The notes: generated from the letters alone by a model not told the origin. 64,000 bases of DNA from Alphaproteobacteria bacterium (GCA_024279115.1 JAJRRW010000121.1:7614-71613), one strand, 5' to 3'; shown: positions 1 through 9,879, counted from the stretch's first letter. A program made the numbers and translations.

Positions 1-1
1 C

Positions 2-829
2 CGATCGGCTATTCAAATCGGCGGGGAGGATGCCCATGATTTTTTACAAGGAATTTTGACCAATGACATTGAAGGAGCCAGCAAGAACAAGGCCATCTAT
101 GCGGGCCTGTTAACACCGCAAGGCAAGCTGTTGTTTGATTTTTTTATCCTCAAGCATGACGATACTTACCTCGTTGATGTCGAAAAAAGTCAGGTAGATG
201 ATCTTCTCAAGCGTTTGATGTTCTACCGACTGCGCGCCAAAGTCGATCTTGAGGCGCTGTCAGAGGCCGCCATCTGCGCGACCATCGACAAAGACGCAAT
301 ATCTGCCGATGATGTGCTTAGCTATAGGGATCCACGCTTCGAGCCCATGGGATCGCGCCATATAATGCTCAACGGCGCGAATGAAACCTGCACACCCAAG
401 CCTGACAAATGGCTTGCCCACCGTATCCATCACGGCCTCCCCCAAGCGCCTGTGGATTTTGTGCATGGCAGCTGCTTTCCCCATGATATCGCCATGGACC
501 AGCTCAACGGTATTGGCTTCAAAAAGGGCTGCTATGTCGGGCAAGAGGTGGTGAGCCGCATGCAACATCGCGGCACGTCCCGAAAGCGTCCCATGATTAT
601 ACGTGCTCACGGGGATTTGCCTGCGACCCCCGCCGACATCAAAGCCGATAGTGCCACAATTGGGCGGCTTGGCTCCGCTTCTGGTCGCCAGGGACTGGCT
701 GAAATCCGCCTCGATCGTGCCGTAAAAGCGCTTGACGCGGGCGTGTCATTTGATGTGAACGGCACACAGGTCGAGCTGTTTCGCCCCGCCTGGGCCGGCT
801 ATGGCGAGCAATTTACATCCAAAGAATGA
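2..829 (+). CDS. ygfZ: YgfZ/GcvT-family folate-binding protein, 5' end outside the window
   Basis: The reading frame is open from nt 2 (RSAIQIGGEDAHDFLQGILTNDI...), so the TTG at 56 in the ORF track is not the real start. The YgfZ signature KGCYVGQEVVSR is present near the C-terminus. Confidence 0.85.
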   Translation, partial: RSAIQIGGEDAHDFLQGILTNDIEGASKNKAIYAGLLTPQGKLLFDFFILKHDDTYLVDVEKSQVDDLLKRLMFYRLRAKVDLEALSEAAICATIDKDAISADDVLSYRDPRFEPMGSRHIMLNGANETCTPKPDKWLAHRIHHGLPQAPVDFVHGSCFPHDIAMDQLNGIGFKKGCYVGQEVVSRMQHRGTSRKRPMIIRAHGDLPATPADIKADSATIGRLGSASGRQGLAEIRLDRAVKALDAGVSFDVNGTQVELFRPAWAGYGEQFTSKE

Positions 830-859
830 CACAGACCCGCAGATTATGGAAAGGAAGCT

Positions 860-1471
860 ATGGTCATGAGTGATAAGGAACTTGTTCGCTGCCCCTGGGT
901 CGGGGCGCAAGAAATCTATGTACGGTATCATGATGAGGAATGGGGTGTGCCGGTCAAGGATGATCGCACCTTATTTAAAAAACTCATGCTTGAGGGGTTC
1001 CAAGCGGGGCTTTCCTGGATCACAATCCTAAACAAGAGAGAGCGATTCGTTCATTGTTTCGATGAGTTCGATCCCCAAAAAATCGTCCACTATGGACCGC
1101 AAAAGATAGAAGAGTTGATGCTCGACAAAGGCATTGTCCGCAACAGGGCCAAGATCGAAGCCGTGATTGGCAATGCCCGGGCCTATCTGGAGCTTGCGCA
1201 AACCCAAAGTCTGGGGGCCTTTTTCTGGGATTTTGTCGACGGCCAGACAATTGATAATGAAATGGCCCGCATTGACGATATTCCCGCCAAGACGGCGGTG
1301 AGTGAAAAACTGTCAAAGGCTCTCAAGCAAAAAGGCTTTCGCTTTTGTGGTCCAGTTGGTGTCTATGCGCTCATGCAATCAGCAGGTCTGGTCAATGATC
1401 ACCTCGTCAGTTGCCACAGATATGAACCATGCCGCGCGCTTGCCAATAAATTCGAGGCGCCACAAAAATAA
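860..1471 (+). CDS. tag: DNA-3-methyladenine glycosylase I
   Basis: 203-aa ORF with CPW...YHDEEWGVP and FQAGLSWITILNKRE motifs typical of Tag. Confidence 0.9.
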   Translation: MVMSDKELVRCPWVGAQEIYVRYHDEEWGVPVKDDRTLFKKLMLEGFQAGLSWITILNKRERFVHCFDEFDPQKIVHYGPQKIEELMLDKGIVRNRAKIEAVIGNARAYLELAQTQSLGAFFWDFVDGQTIDNEMARIDDIPAKTAVSEKLSKALKQKGFRFCGPVGVYALMQSAGLVNDHLVSCHRYEPCRALANKFEAPQK

Positions 1472-1541
1472 CACGTAAGCAGTTCGCAAGTTAAGCTAGA
1501 GTTCTCTATACTTCTGACATAAACCAAAATAGGCCAGAGCC

Positions 1542-2189
1542 ATGAATTCAATATCGGAACCAAAACCGGGAATGCCAGCCATCAATGAACCCAAAGCCCG
1601 TGTCTGGCAACGCATGTTATCTGGGCGGCGTCTGGATTTACTGTCTCCCTCTCCTGTTGATGTGGAAATAGAAGATATTGCTCATGGGTTAGCCAGACTG
1701 GCGCGCTGGAACGGTCAGACATCGGGAGATAATTCGTTTTCGGTTGCCCAGCATTCTCTTGTGGTCGAGGAATTATTGTGCCTGCTCTATCCAGAGGCCC
1801 CCCGCACATGGCGTCTAGTAGCGCTTTTACACGATAGTCCCGAATATGTGATCGGTGATCTGATCAGCCCCTTTAAGGCGGTGATCGGCTTTGACTATAA
1901 AACGGTCGAGAAGCGACTGCTTGAAACCATCCATATCAAATTTGGCTTGCCTGCCAGCCCCCCTATGACGGTCAACAAGCTGGTCAAACAGGCCGACCGC
2001 ATATCTGCCTATTTTGAAGCCACCGCGCTAGCGGGGTTTGACACCAAAGAAGCCATCAGCCTGTTCGGCGACCCCGCTGATCTCGATCCTTGTTTTCATG
2101 AGCGGTTTTCGCAATTAAGGCCAATGCAGGTGCCAGAAGCTCAGCACCGGTTTTTAAAGCGCTTTGAAGAATTATTCGCTGGTGATTAG
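1542..2189 (+). CDS. HD-domain phosphohydrolase
   Basis: 215-aa ORF with an HD metal-ligand pattern (QHSL...LLHDSPEYVIGDLISP). It sits 27 nt upstream of the next gene. Confidence 0.7.
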   Translation: MNSISEPKPGMPAINEPKARVWQRMLSGRRLDLLSPSPVDVEIEDIAHGLARLARWNGQTSGDNSFSVAQHSLVVEELLCLLYPEAPRTWRLVALLHDSPEYVIGDLISPFKAVIGFDYKTVEKRLLETIHIKFGLPASPPMTVNKLVKQADRISAYFEATALAGFDTKEAISLFGDPADLDPCFHERFSQLRPMQVPEAQHRFLKRFEELFAGD

Positions 2190-2216
2190 GACCCGTTGAC
2201 AATCAGGAGTGCAGGC

Positions 2217-2762
2217 ATGACGTCCGCCAAGATCATTGTCTGTTCTCTCGATATACTGGAAAAGGTCGTATCCGATAATTCCGCACGGCATCTGGTATCG
2301 CTGATCAATGAGCAAATGATGCCGCAAACGCCCAGGTCCGTTGACCAAAACAGTCACCTCAAACTCCCCATGAACGATATTGAGGCCCCCACATCCGGAT
2401 TGGTTACGCCCTCCAATCGACATGTGGAACAATTGATTGATTTTACCGTGCGGTGGGATCAGCAAAGCCCCTTGGTAATCCATTGCTGGGCGGGCATTTC
2501 GCGCTCTACGGCAGCTGCATTTATAGCGCTTTGTGCGCTGAACCCTCAGATCGAAGAACAGCAAATCGCCCGCCTGATGAGGGATATGTCAGCCACCGCC
2601 ACCCCCAACCCTCTGCTGGTCTCTTGCGCAGATCAGGTGCTGGGGCGTTCTGGGCAAATGATCGCTGCGATTGAGGCAATGAGCCGGGGCGATGTGGCGA
2701 TGGAAGCAGCGCCGTTCTCGATGCCAGCACTCATCAGCCCTAACGACCTCACGGCAACATGA
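2217..2762 (+). CDS. Tyrosine/dual-specificity phosphatase-family protein
   Basis: CX5R P-loop HCWAGISRS. An AGGAG sequence at 2205-2209 lies 7 nt before ATG 2217, so the TTG at 2196 in the ORF track is probably too long. The stop overlaps the next start (ATGA at 2759-2762). Confidence 0.65.
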   Translation: MTSAKIIVCSLDILEKVVSDNSARHLVSLINEQMMPQTPRSVDQNSHLKLPMNDIEAPTSGLVTPSNRHVEQLIDFTVRWDQQSPLVIHCWAGISRSTAAAFIALCALNPQIEEQQIARLMRDMSATATPNPLLVSCADQVLGRSGQMIAAIEAMSRGDVAMEAAPFSMPALISPNDLTAT

Positions 2763-3778
2763 CAAAGGAGGGGACAACGCATATGAGTATCAAGCCTCGC
2801 CAGGCTGGCATCGAACTTGGCCTGCATGCCTCTATCGTGTCCGTTGATCGCAATGAACCACATGTTGTATGCGTCACATCACCGGGAAATTCCAAAGCTC
2901 GCGACAGTTTGCCGTTCGGGGTCTTTACGCCTTTGGCTCACCGAACCCTGGAAATTGGACTGCGGCGCTGGGTCGAGGAGCAAACCGGCTTGTCACTTGG
3001 CTATGTGGAACAACTCTATACGTTTGGCGATCGTGGTCGCCATGCCCGTGAAGGTGATCGTGGCCCCCATATGGTGTCCATCGGCTATCTGGCACTGACC
3101 CTGCAAACCGACATCGCCAAAGAGCATGTCAGGCAGCGGCGCTGGTACGATTTCTTCCCCTGGGAAGACTGGCGTCTTGGTCGCCCGCAGATCATCGACA
3201 CCACCATCGAACCGCTTTTGCTTGAATGGTGTAAACGCAAACCAGACAATGACGCCCATGAGCACCCTTTAGGGCGCAAGGAGCGCATCAGGTTCTTGTT
3301 TGGCCTGAACGGTGTTAGCTGGGACGAAGAAAAGGTGCTGGACCGCTACGAGCTGCTTTATGAAGCTGGATTACTGGAAGAGGCGCTGATCGATGGGCGC
3401 AGTGCTGCCAAAGCCTGGGATACGCCCTGCGAACTTGGCCGGCCCATGAACCATGACCATCGCCGTATTCTGGCAACCGCCATGAGCCGGATGCGCGGCA
3501 AGCTCAAATACCGGCCTCTGGTGTTTGAATTATTGCCTCCAGAGTTCACCTTGTATGAATTACAAAAAGTCGTTGAAGCGATCTCTGGCACCCCCTTGCA
3601 CAAGCAAAATTTTCGCCGTCTGGTCGAGGGAGGGGGATTTGTCGAGGCCACTGGCGATATGAAAAAATCAACCGGAGGCAGGCCAGCCAAATTGTTTAAA
3701 TTCAGGCGGGTAGCGCTCGTCGAGCGCCCTTCGCCAGGGCTGCGTGTCAAAGCAACCACTCCGCCGCCAAATGCCTGA
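2759..3778 (+). CDS. nadQ: Nudix-related transcriptional regulator of NAD biosynthesis (NrtR/NadQ type)
   Basis: The N-terminal half has a degenerate Nudix box (LEIGLRRWVEEQTGL). The C-terminal half looks like the winged-helix domain of NrtR-type regulators (FTLYELQKVVEAISGTPLHKQNFRRLV...GGRPAKLFKF). It lies directly upstream of nadABC, as expected for NadQ in alphaproteobacteria. The start could instead be ATG 2783. Confidence 0.7.
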   Translation: MTKEGTTHMSIKPRQAGIELGLHASIVSVDRNEPHVVCVTSPGNSKARDSLPFGVFTPLAHRTLEIGLRRWVEEQTGLSLGYVEQLYTFGDRGRHAREGDRGPHMVSIGYLALTLQTDIAKEHVRQRRWYDFFPWEDWRLGRPQIIDTTIEPLLLEWCKRKPDNDAHEHPLGRKERIRFLFGLNGVSWDEEKVLDRYELLYEAGLLEEALIDGRSAAKAWDTPCELGRPMNHDHRRILATAMSRMRGKLKYRPLVFELLPPEFTLYELQKVVEAISGTPLHKQNFRRLVEGGGFVEATGDMKKSTGGRPAKLFKFRRVALVERPSPGLRVKATTPPPNA

Positions 3779-3822
3779 ACAATGTAATATGGCTTGAAAT
3801 AGGCCCTGCTAAACCCCATCTT

Positions 3823-3839
3823 ATACTCGTATTGAGCGG
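3823..3839. promoter_or_regulatory. Operator-like motif copy 1 (ATACTCGTATTGAGCGG), candidate NadQ site
   Basis: Matches copy 2 at 13 of 17 positions. Located in the nadQ-nadA intergenic region. Confidence 0.4.
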
Positions 3840-3921
3840 AACTATTGCCTTCGCCACCGATTGAGAGTAATGATGGTGAAAATTGACCGGTTATTGAGCC
3901 GGTTATTTTAAGGCCTTATTT

Positions 3922-3938
3922 ATGCTCATATTGAGCAT
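3922..3938. promoter_or_regulatory. Operator-like palindrome ATGCTCA-TAT-TGAGCAT, candidate NadQ site
   Basis: Perfect 7-bp inverted arms with a 3-nt spacer, 76-92 nt upstream of the nadA start. Confidence 0.5.
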
Positions 3939-4013
3939 TACCTTAAATGCCGCCAACAAATTGCCTGACCGGTTGTCGTGCAATGACGCGTTCTAAAAGA
4001 GGGATGATGTAAC

Positions 4014-5108
4014 ATGGCCTATATGAATAGTCTGGAAACACCGAACACTGAAATCAGTGCAAAGAGCTGTGGCAACCCAAAACCAGCGCCTCCGCCCAAA
4101 CCATCCCTTGAATTCACGCCAGCGCTCGAGGCGCAAATGGCCAAGCTGTATGAAAAGCTCAAAGAGGTCATCACCCGGCAGGAATGGCGTATTCATGCCC
4201 CTTATATCAAAGCCATCAATGATTTGAAAAAACAGCGTAACGCCGTTTTGCTGGCCCACAATTATATGACCCCGGAGATCTTTCATGGCGTCGCTGATTT
4301 TGCTGGCGACAGCCTGGCTTTGGCACGCGAAGCCGCCAAGTCTGATGCCGATGTGATCATCCAGGCGGGGGTTCACTTTATGGCCGAAACCTCAAAAATT
4401 CTTAATCCAGGCAAGATGGTTCTGATCCCCGATCAGCGCGCTGGTTGTTCGCTGGCCGACAGCATTACCGCGCAAGATGTCAAGGATCTGCGCAAAAAGC
4501 ACCCAGGTGTACCGATTGTCACCTACATCAACACCTCGGCTGACGTGAAAGCGCAGTGTGACATTACCTGTACCTCGGCAAATGCCGCGCAAATAGTCGA
4601 GGCGATGGCCAAGGAACACAACAGTCCCGAAGTTTTGTTGATCCCTGACGAGTTTCTGGCTCAAAATGTAGCCAAGCAGACGGATGTAAAAGTGCTGACC
4701 TGGGCTGGGCATTGTGAAGTGCATGAGCGCTTTTCAGGACCGCAAATGCGCTCGTTCCGAAATGCCGAACCGGATATGAAAATCATCGCTCATCCAGAAT
4801 GTCCACCAGACGTTCTGGAAGAAGCCGACTTTTCGGGGTCGACTGCGGGGATGATCAACTGGGTACAAGATAACCAGCCCGAAAAGGTCATGCTGGTGAC
4901 GGAATGTTCCATGAGCGATAATATCGCTGTTGAAAACCCAGATGTGCAGTTCATCCGCCCGTGTAATCTGTGCCCGCACATGAAGCGCATTACCCTGCCG
5001 GCCATTCTTGATGCTCTGTTGGAGCTCAAGGATGAGGTCTGTGTTGATCCAAAGATCGCCGAGGCGGCTCGCAAACCGATTGAGCGCATGATCAATCTCA
5101 ACAATTGA
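4014..5108 (+). CDS. nadA: Quinolinate synthase
   Basis: 364-aa ORF with NadA-family blocks ([45 protein letters not shown]). First gene of the nadABC cluster. Confidence 0.93.
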   Translation: MAYMNSLETPNTEISAKSCGNPKPAPPPKPSLEFTPALEAQMAKLYEKLKEVITRQEWRIHAPYIKAINDLKKQRNAVLLAHNYMTPEIFHGVADFAGDSLALAREAAKSDADVIIQAGVHFMAETSKILNPGKMVLIPDQRAGCSLADSITAQDVKDLRKKHPGVPIVTYINTSADVKAQCDITCTSANAAQIVEAMAKEHNSPEVLLIPDEFLAQNVAKQTDVKVLTWAGHCEVHERFSGPQMRSFRNAEPDMKIIAHPECPPDVLEEADFSGSTAGMINWVQDNQPEKVMLVTECSMSDNIAVENPDVQFIRPCNLCPHMKRITLPAILDALLELKDEVCVDPKIAEAARKPIERMINLNN

Positions 5109-5121
5109 GAGGCGGCAGGCG

Positions 5122-6708
5122 GTGAATTCTGACTGGAAACAGCATGAAATTGTCATTGTCGGGGCTGGTCTTGCCGGGTTATTTCTGGCCCTCAAGCTGT
5201 CCCCGATCCCCGTGACCATTGTCACCTCTGCCCCCCTTGGCAAAGGGGCCTCGAGCAGTTGGGCGCAAGGCGGCATCGCGGCAGCCATCGAGACCGGTGA
5301 CACCGCATTCGCCCATGCGATGGACACCATTAACGCCGGTGCTGGTATAGTCAACGCTCATATCGCCCATATTTTAACAAGCCAGGCTGCCGCGCGGGTC
5401 GCCGACCTGTTATCCTATGGCACCCCCTTTGATCGCAATCTGGAGGGCGATCTTTTGTTGTCGCGTGAAGCCGCCCATAGCGCTCGGCGTGTGGTCCGCG
5501 TGAAGGGCGACAGAGCTGGCGGGGCCATCATGAAAGCGCTTGTTTCAGCCGTGCGCGCCAAGCCCAATATCCAGATCATCGAGGGCTATACCGCCAAAAA
5601 ACTGGCAACAAAAAATAAGGCCATCAAAGGCGTGCATTGCTGGTCGAGCAAAGGCCAGCACCTGTTTTTACCGGCCCGAAAAGTGGTGCTGGCAGCAGGG
5701 GGCATCGGCGCATTATACAAGATAACAACCAACCCAAAACAGGCCAACGGGGAAGCCCTCGCCATGGCCGCCAGAGCCGGTGTCTTTCTGGCCGACACAG
5801 AATTTGTGCAATTTCACCCAACCGCCATTAACGCCAACACCGACCCAGCCCCCCTTGCCACAGAAGCCCTGCGCGGAGAGGGCGCAACCCTCATCAACAA
5901 GAGCGGCGAGCGCTTCATGGCCAAGCTGCATGAAGATGCCGAACTGGCGCCAAGGGATATTGTGGCGCGCGCCGTTTTTCGCGAAAATATAGAGGGACGC
6001 GGCGCCTTTCTTGATTGCCGCGAGGCGATCGGCGCGGACTTCAAAACTCACTTCCCCTCGGTTTATAAAAAATGCCGAGACGCAGGCATTGACCCCCTCA
6101 ATGAGCCCATACCCGTTGCGCCCGCTGCGCACTTTCATATGGGCGGCATTCACACAGATGCCTTTGGCCGCACAACCCTCAACGGACTTTGGGCCTGCGG
6201 AGAGGTCGCCTCAACCGGGGCGCATGGAGCCAATCGGCTGGCCTCAAATTCATTATTGGAAGCGGTGATATTTGCCGCTCGTGTGGCGGAAGATCTGGCC
6301 CGAAATAGCAGTTTTACCCACATGCCAAAGCGGCGCAAAAAAGACCTTTACCAGGAGCTGGAAAATGTCAAGACGGCCATACGGGCACCCCAGCGAAAAG
6401 ACATCAAGGAAATGCGCGAGCTGATGGATCGATATGTCGGCATTGAGCGCAGTGAACAAGGACTAACCCTTGCTCTGCAACGCCTTACGGAGCTGGCATA
6501 CAAGCATCAAGACCACCTGACCATGTCAAATATGTTGACCACAGCACGGATCATCACCATCAGCGCCGCGATGCGCAAGGAAAGCCGTGGTGGGCATTAT
6601 CGGACAGATTTTCTCAAGCCCGATGCCAAATGGGCCCACCGATCATTTATCTCACTGGAGCAGGCTGAGCGGGCAGCAGCACAATTATTGAACAACCAGA
6701 AAGCATAA
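5122..6708 (+). CDS. nadB: L-aspartate oxidase
   Basis: GTG start. N-terminal FAD-binding GAGLAG motif, FHPT block and RGGHYR near the C-terminus, as in the NadB/succinate-dehydrogenase flavoprotein family. Confidence 0.93.
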   Translation: MNSDWKQHEIVIVGAGLAGLFLALKLSPIPVTIVTSAPLGKGASSSWAQGGIAAAIETGDTAFAHAMDTINAGAGIVNAHIAHILTSQAAARVADLLSYGTPFDRNLEGDLLLSREAAHSARRVVRVKGDRAGGAIMKALVSAVRAKPNIQIIEGYTAKKLATKNKAIKGVHCWSSKGQHLFLPARKVVLAAGGIGALYKITTNPKQANGEALAMAARAGVFLADTEFVQFHPTAINANTDPAPLATEALRGEGATLINKSGERFMAKLHEDAELAPRDIVARAVFRENIEGRGAFLDCREAIGADFKTHFPSVYKKCRDAGIDPLNEPIPVAPAAHFHMGGIHTDAFGRTTLNGLWACGEVASTGAHGANRLASNSLLEAVIFAARVAEDLARNSSFTHMPKRRKKDLYQELENVKTAIRAPQRKDIKEMRELMDRYVGIERSEQGLTLALQRLTELAYKHQDHLTMSNMLTTARIITISAAMRKESRGGHYRTDFLKPDAKWAHRSFISLEQAERAAAQLLNNQKA

Positions 6709-6714
6709 TCGTCC

Positions 6715-7566
6715 ATGATAGAACCAACGTTTCCCCATCATCTCACGCAAAGCGCCATCGACACCGCCCTGCAAGAAGACCTTGGTCTTGCTGGCGATAT
6801 TACCGGCAATGCCGTGCTTGGTGCCGATGACATCATGTCGGGACGCATCATGGCCAGACAATCTGGCACCATTGCTGGCATGCCTCTGGCGCTAGCAGCG
6901 TTCGCAAGGCTTGATCCAGATATTGTCCTCGCCAGGAAAATGAGCGATGGCGACAAGGTGGAGGCGGGAGAGGTGATCTTGACCATGCAGGGCAATAGTC
7001 GAGCGGTCCTGGCCGCCGAACGAGTGGCGCTCAACTATTTGTGCCATCTAAGCGGCGTTGCCAGTCTCACCGCAAAATTTGTCGAACAGGTAAAAGCAAC
7101 AAATGCCGCTATCTGCTGCACACGCAAAACCTTGCCCGGTCTGCGCGCCTTTCAAAAATATGCCGTGCGCGCCGGTGGCGGCCAAAATCATCGCTACGGG
7201 TTGGATCAGGCAGTGCTCATCAAAGACAATCACATTGCCAGTGCTGGCGGCGTCAAGCAGGTTCTGGAACGGGTGAGCAAACTCGCAGGTCACATGGTGC
7301 GTATTGAAATTGAGGTCGACACGCTGGCACAGTTGAAAACCGTTATGAATTACAAGGTTGATGCGGTGCTGCTCGATAATATGAAACCGGCAATGCTTGA
7401 AAAAGCTGTGGCACTGGTTGACGGACGTGCCGTTACGGAAGCCTCTGGCGGTGTCAATTTGCAATCGGTGAAACACATCGCTGAAACGGGAGTCGATCTC
7501 ATATCGGTGGGGGCGTTGACACACTCCGCACCCGTTTTCGATTTTGGACTTGATTATCGCACCTGA
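6715..7566 (+). CDS. nadC: Nicotinate-nucleotide pyrophosphorylase (carboxylating)
   Basis: 283-aa ORF with ERVALNYL, TRKT.PG.R and LIKDNH motifs of the QPRTase family. Confidence 0.93.
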   Translation: MIEPTFPHHLTQSAIDTALQEDLGLAGDITGNAVLGADDIMSGRIMARQSGTIAGMPLALAAFARLDPDIVLARKMSDGDKVEAGEVILTMQGNSRAVLAAERVALNYLCHLSGVASLTAKFVEQVKATNAAICCTRKTLPGLRAFQKYAVRAGGGQNHRYGLDQAVLIKDNHIASAGGVKQVLERVSKLAGHMVRIEIEVDTLAQLKTVMNYKVDAVLLDNMKPAMLEKAVALVDGRAVTEASGGVNLQSVKHIAETGVDLISVGALTHSAPVFDFGLDYRT

Positions 7567-7688
7567 CGCACCGTGCCAGTTTTCCCACCAGATCAGGGCC
7601 GCCTCTTCTCCAGCGCCAGAGCACAATGAGAGAGGACGCAGCAAGATTGGCAATAGCTGGAAACGACTACTCTCTCAATCTGCTGCTT

Positions 7689-8843
7689 CTAGCTTGCATC
7701 TTTTAATCTGGCGAACCCTTCTAAAAGATCTTTTTTCAGGTCTTCAACATCTTCCAATCCTGCGTGAATACGAAGAAACGGTCCTTTTGGCTGCCAGTTG
7801 GTCGCGGTGCGTGCACCCTTGGCATTTAGCAAGACAATCAGACTTTCATAGCCTCCCCACGACCAGCCAATACCAAACAGTTTGAGATGGTCCACCATGG
7901 CTGCCAGCGCCTCATCAGAGCAGGGTTTGAGAACGATTGAAAACAGTCCCGAGGCGCCGGTAAAATCTCGTTTCCAAAGCTCATGCCCGGCAAACGAGGG
8001 AAGTGCCGGATGCAAGACCTCATCAACCTCGGGGCGCGTTTCCAGCCAAGTTGCCAGTTGTAAAGCTGTTTCTTGATGCTTTTGCAAACGCAGATCAAGA
8101 GTGCGCAGGCCCTTGAGAGCCGAAAACACCTCTTCGGACCCCGGGCAAAGACCAAGCGCCCCTTGGGCTCGCTGTAGTTTTTTTGCGGCCCTCCTATTGG
8201 CAACGATGATGCCCAGCAAAGCATCAGAATGACCGGTGATATATTTGGTGGCCGAGTGGATGGACACATCAACCCCTTGCGTCAGGGGCTTGTAGAACAG
8301 CGGCGTGGCCCAGGTATTGTCGATCACCACAAGGATGTCATGCTTTTTTGCCTCGGCGACAATGGCTGGAATATCTTGAATATCAAAGGTGTCGGAGCCA
8401 GGAGACTCGGTGTAAATCAAGACTGTCTGGGGGCGAATGAGTTCGCTAATCCCCGCGCCAACAAGAGGGTCATAATAGGTAATCTCAATGCCCAGAGCAC
8501 TCAGGGTCAGATCACAAAAATGGCGCGTTGGATAACACACGCTATCTGGCACCAAAATATGATCGCCAGCTCTGACCAAAGAGATGAGCGTGCCGGTAAT
8601 CGCCAGCAGACCACAAGATGTGAGCTTGCAATAGCTGCCTTGTTCAAGCTCGCACATCAGCTCGCCAAGCGCCTCTTGCGCTGGCGACCCGCCTCGACCA
8701 TAGCCATATCCAGAAGGAGGGTTGTGAAGCTCCTTTAGAGAAGAAAACAACATGGTCGACCCGCGATAGACAGGGGGGTTGACGAACGCACCCTGTTGCC
8801 GTGCGTTACGTCCCAAATGACATAGTTTGGTTGGGGTTTTCAA
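7689..8843 (-). CDS. metC: Cystathionine beta-lyase (PLP-dependent)
   Basis: Collinear similarity to the MetC I know from E. coli (ESPGS, IDNTWA, SATKYITGHSD with the PLP lysine, HPALP...GHELWKRDFTGASGLFS, YSWGGYESL, RIHAGLED). The start is placed at TTG 8843, which follows an AGGAG sequence. The ORF is open up to 8897. Confidence 0.88.
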   Translation of the reverse strand: MKTPTKLCHLGRNARQQGAFVNPPVYRGSTMLFSSLKELHNPPSGYGYGRGGSPAQEALGELMCELEQGSYCKLTSCGLLAITGTLISLVRAGDHILVPDSVCYPTRHFCDLTLSALGIEITYYDPLVGAGISELIRPQTVLIYTESPGSDTFDIQDIPAIVAEAKKHDILVVIDNTWATPLFYKPLTQGVDVSIHSATKYITGHSDALLGIIVANRRAAKKLQRAQGALGLCPGSEEVFSALKGLRTLDLRLQKHQETALQLATWLETRPEVDEVLHPALPSFAGHELWKRDFTGASGLFSIVLKPCSDEALAAMVDHLKLFGIGWSWGGYESLIVLLNAKGARTATNWQPKGPFLRIHAGLEDVEDLKKDLLEGFARLKDAS

Positions 8844-8969
8844 AAGCTTGTCTCCTGGATTTATCAACTTATGGACGCCCAATATCGGCAAGCCCAATAG
8901 TTTTCCCTGTTAAAGACCATATTCATGTCTATGATGCGAGAGTTATATCGGGAATATTGATCGAGAAGG

Positions 8970-9254
8970 ATGGTTCGAATGAGCCCAAAAATTCGCCTTG
9001 GCAGCAAAGAATTCAAGTTACCCAAATCGCAATTGGCCCGTATGACCATCGGCGTTCTCTTGATCATCGGGGGGATTTTGGGGTTTTTGCCCATACTTGG
9101 CTTCTGGATGATCCCGCTTGGCTTGCTGGTGCTTTCCCACGACCTGCCATCCGTGCGGCGCTGGCGCCGAAACCTCACCCTCAAATGGAACGGACGTGGC
9201 AAAAAACTCGAGCAAGCCCGCAATGAGCGCGAGAACGACCCCCACAATAAATGA
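8970..9254 (+). CDS. Small two-TM membrane protein (PGPGW-like pattern), function unknown
   Basis: 94-aa ORF with a hydrophobic hairpin IGGILGFLPILGFWMIPLGLLVL followed by a basic tail. Family membership is recalled by pattern only. An antisense ORF overlaps it. Confidence 0.45.
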   Translation: MVRMSPKIRLGSKEFKLPKSQLARMTIGVLLIIGGILGFLPILGFWMIPLGLLVLSHDLPSVRRWRRNLTLKWNGRGKKLEQARNERENDPHNK

Positions 9255-9382
9255 TGTCACCGCCAGAGAGCCTGCGCCATGCCCTGACAATGCGATAAAA
9301 TCAGGCCCGAGCGAGCGAGCGCCAAGTAACCGTCCCATCAAAGGCCCGAGCACAGCGAGGATCAGCCATGAGATAAAAATAC

Positions 9383-9472
9383 TGGCGGAGAGGGTGGGAT
9401 TCGAACCCACGAAATGCTTGCACACTTGCCGGTTTTCAAGACCGGTGCCTTCAACCGCTCGGCCACCTCTCC
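9383..9472 (-). tRNA. tRNA-Ser (anticodon UGA)
   Basis: The reverse complement reads GGAGAGGTGGCCGAGCGGTTGAAGGC...CCGGTCTTGAAAACCGG...GTGGGTTCGAATCCCACCCTCTCCGCCA. It is 90 nt long with a long variable arm, anticodon loop CTTGAAA and an encoded CCA end. Confidence 0.93.
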
Positions 9473-9879
9473 ATCTTTTCAGCCAAAGCGACTTCGCTAC
9501 GGCTGCAAAAGACATGGCGATGAATATAGGGAAATATTGGATTAATCAATCACCAGTTTGCATTTGGCGGCTGAATTATTGATTTCATACCATTTTCAAT
9601 GTCTTTGACGCCTATAACCCCTTGATTGGCATATTTTCTCCCCAATTTCCCCCAATTTCTTTCCGCTAATACATGGCAACGCGCCTCGTTAGGGTTTTGT
9701 TAAGGCGGGCCGTAAATGATCAAGATCGCCCACACTGCAAATTTTAGCGCGGGGCACACGTGATTATTGTCTGTGCTTTTGTAGTTAGACAATATTCCAT
9801 TGCAATAAATGACAAGATTCAAGGCTGATACATGACCATTCGTTTTGACCAAGACCAACCTAACGTGGCTGATCGCCCT

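Noticed and set aside
7048-7653. Long antisense ORFs opposite well-supported genes: 7048-7653 opposite nadC, 9886-10551 opposite rlpA, 11966-12544 opposite tmk, 16101-16649 opposite the MBL hydrolase, 32693-33394 opposite mltG, 36419-37099 opposite pdxA, 40533-41285 opposite lptD, 44308-44886 opposite pepA, and 54697-55290 opposite ntrY.
   Set aside because: Each lies entirely within a gene whose product has clear family motifs on the other strand. Their translations are low-complexity or Arg/Gly/His-rich with no recognisable domains. These are typical shadow ORFs of moderately GC-rich coding DNA.
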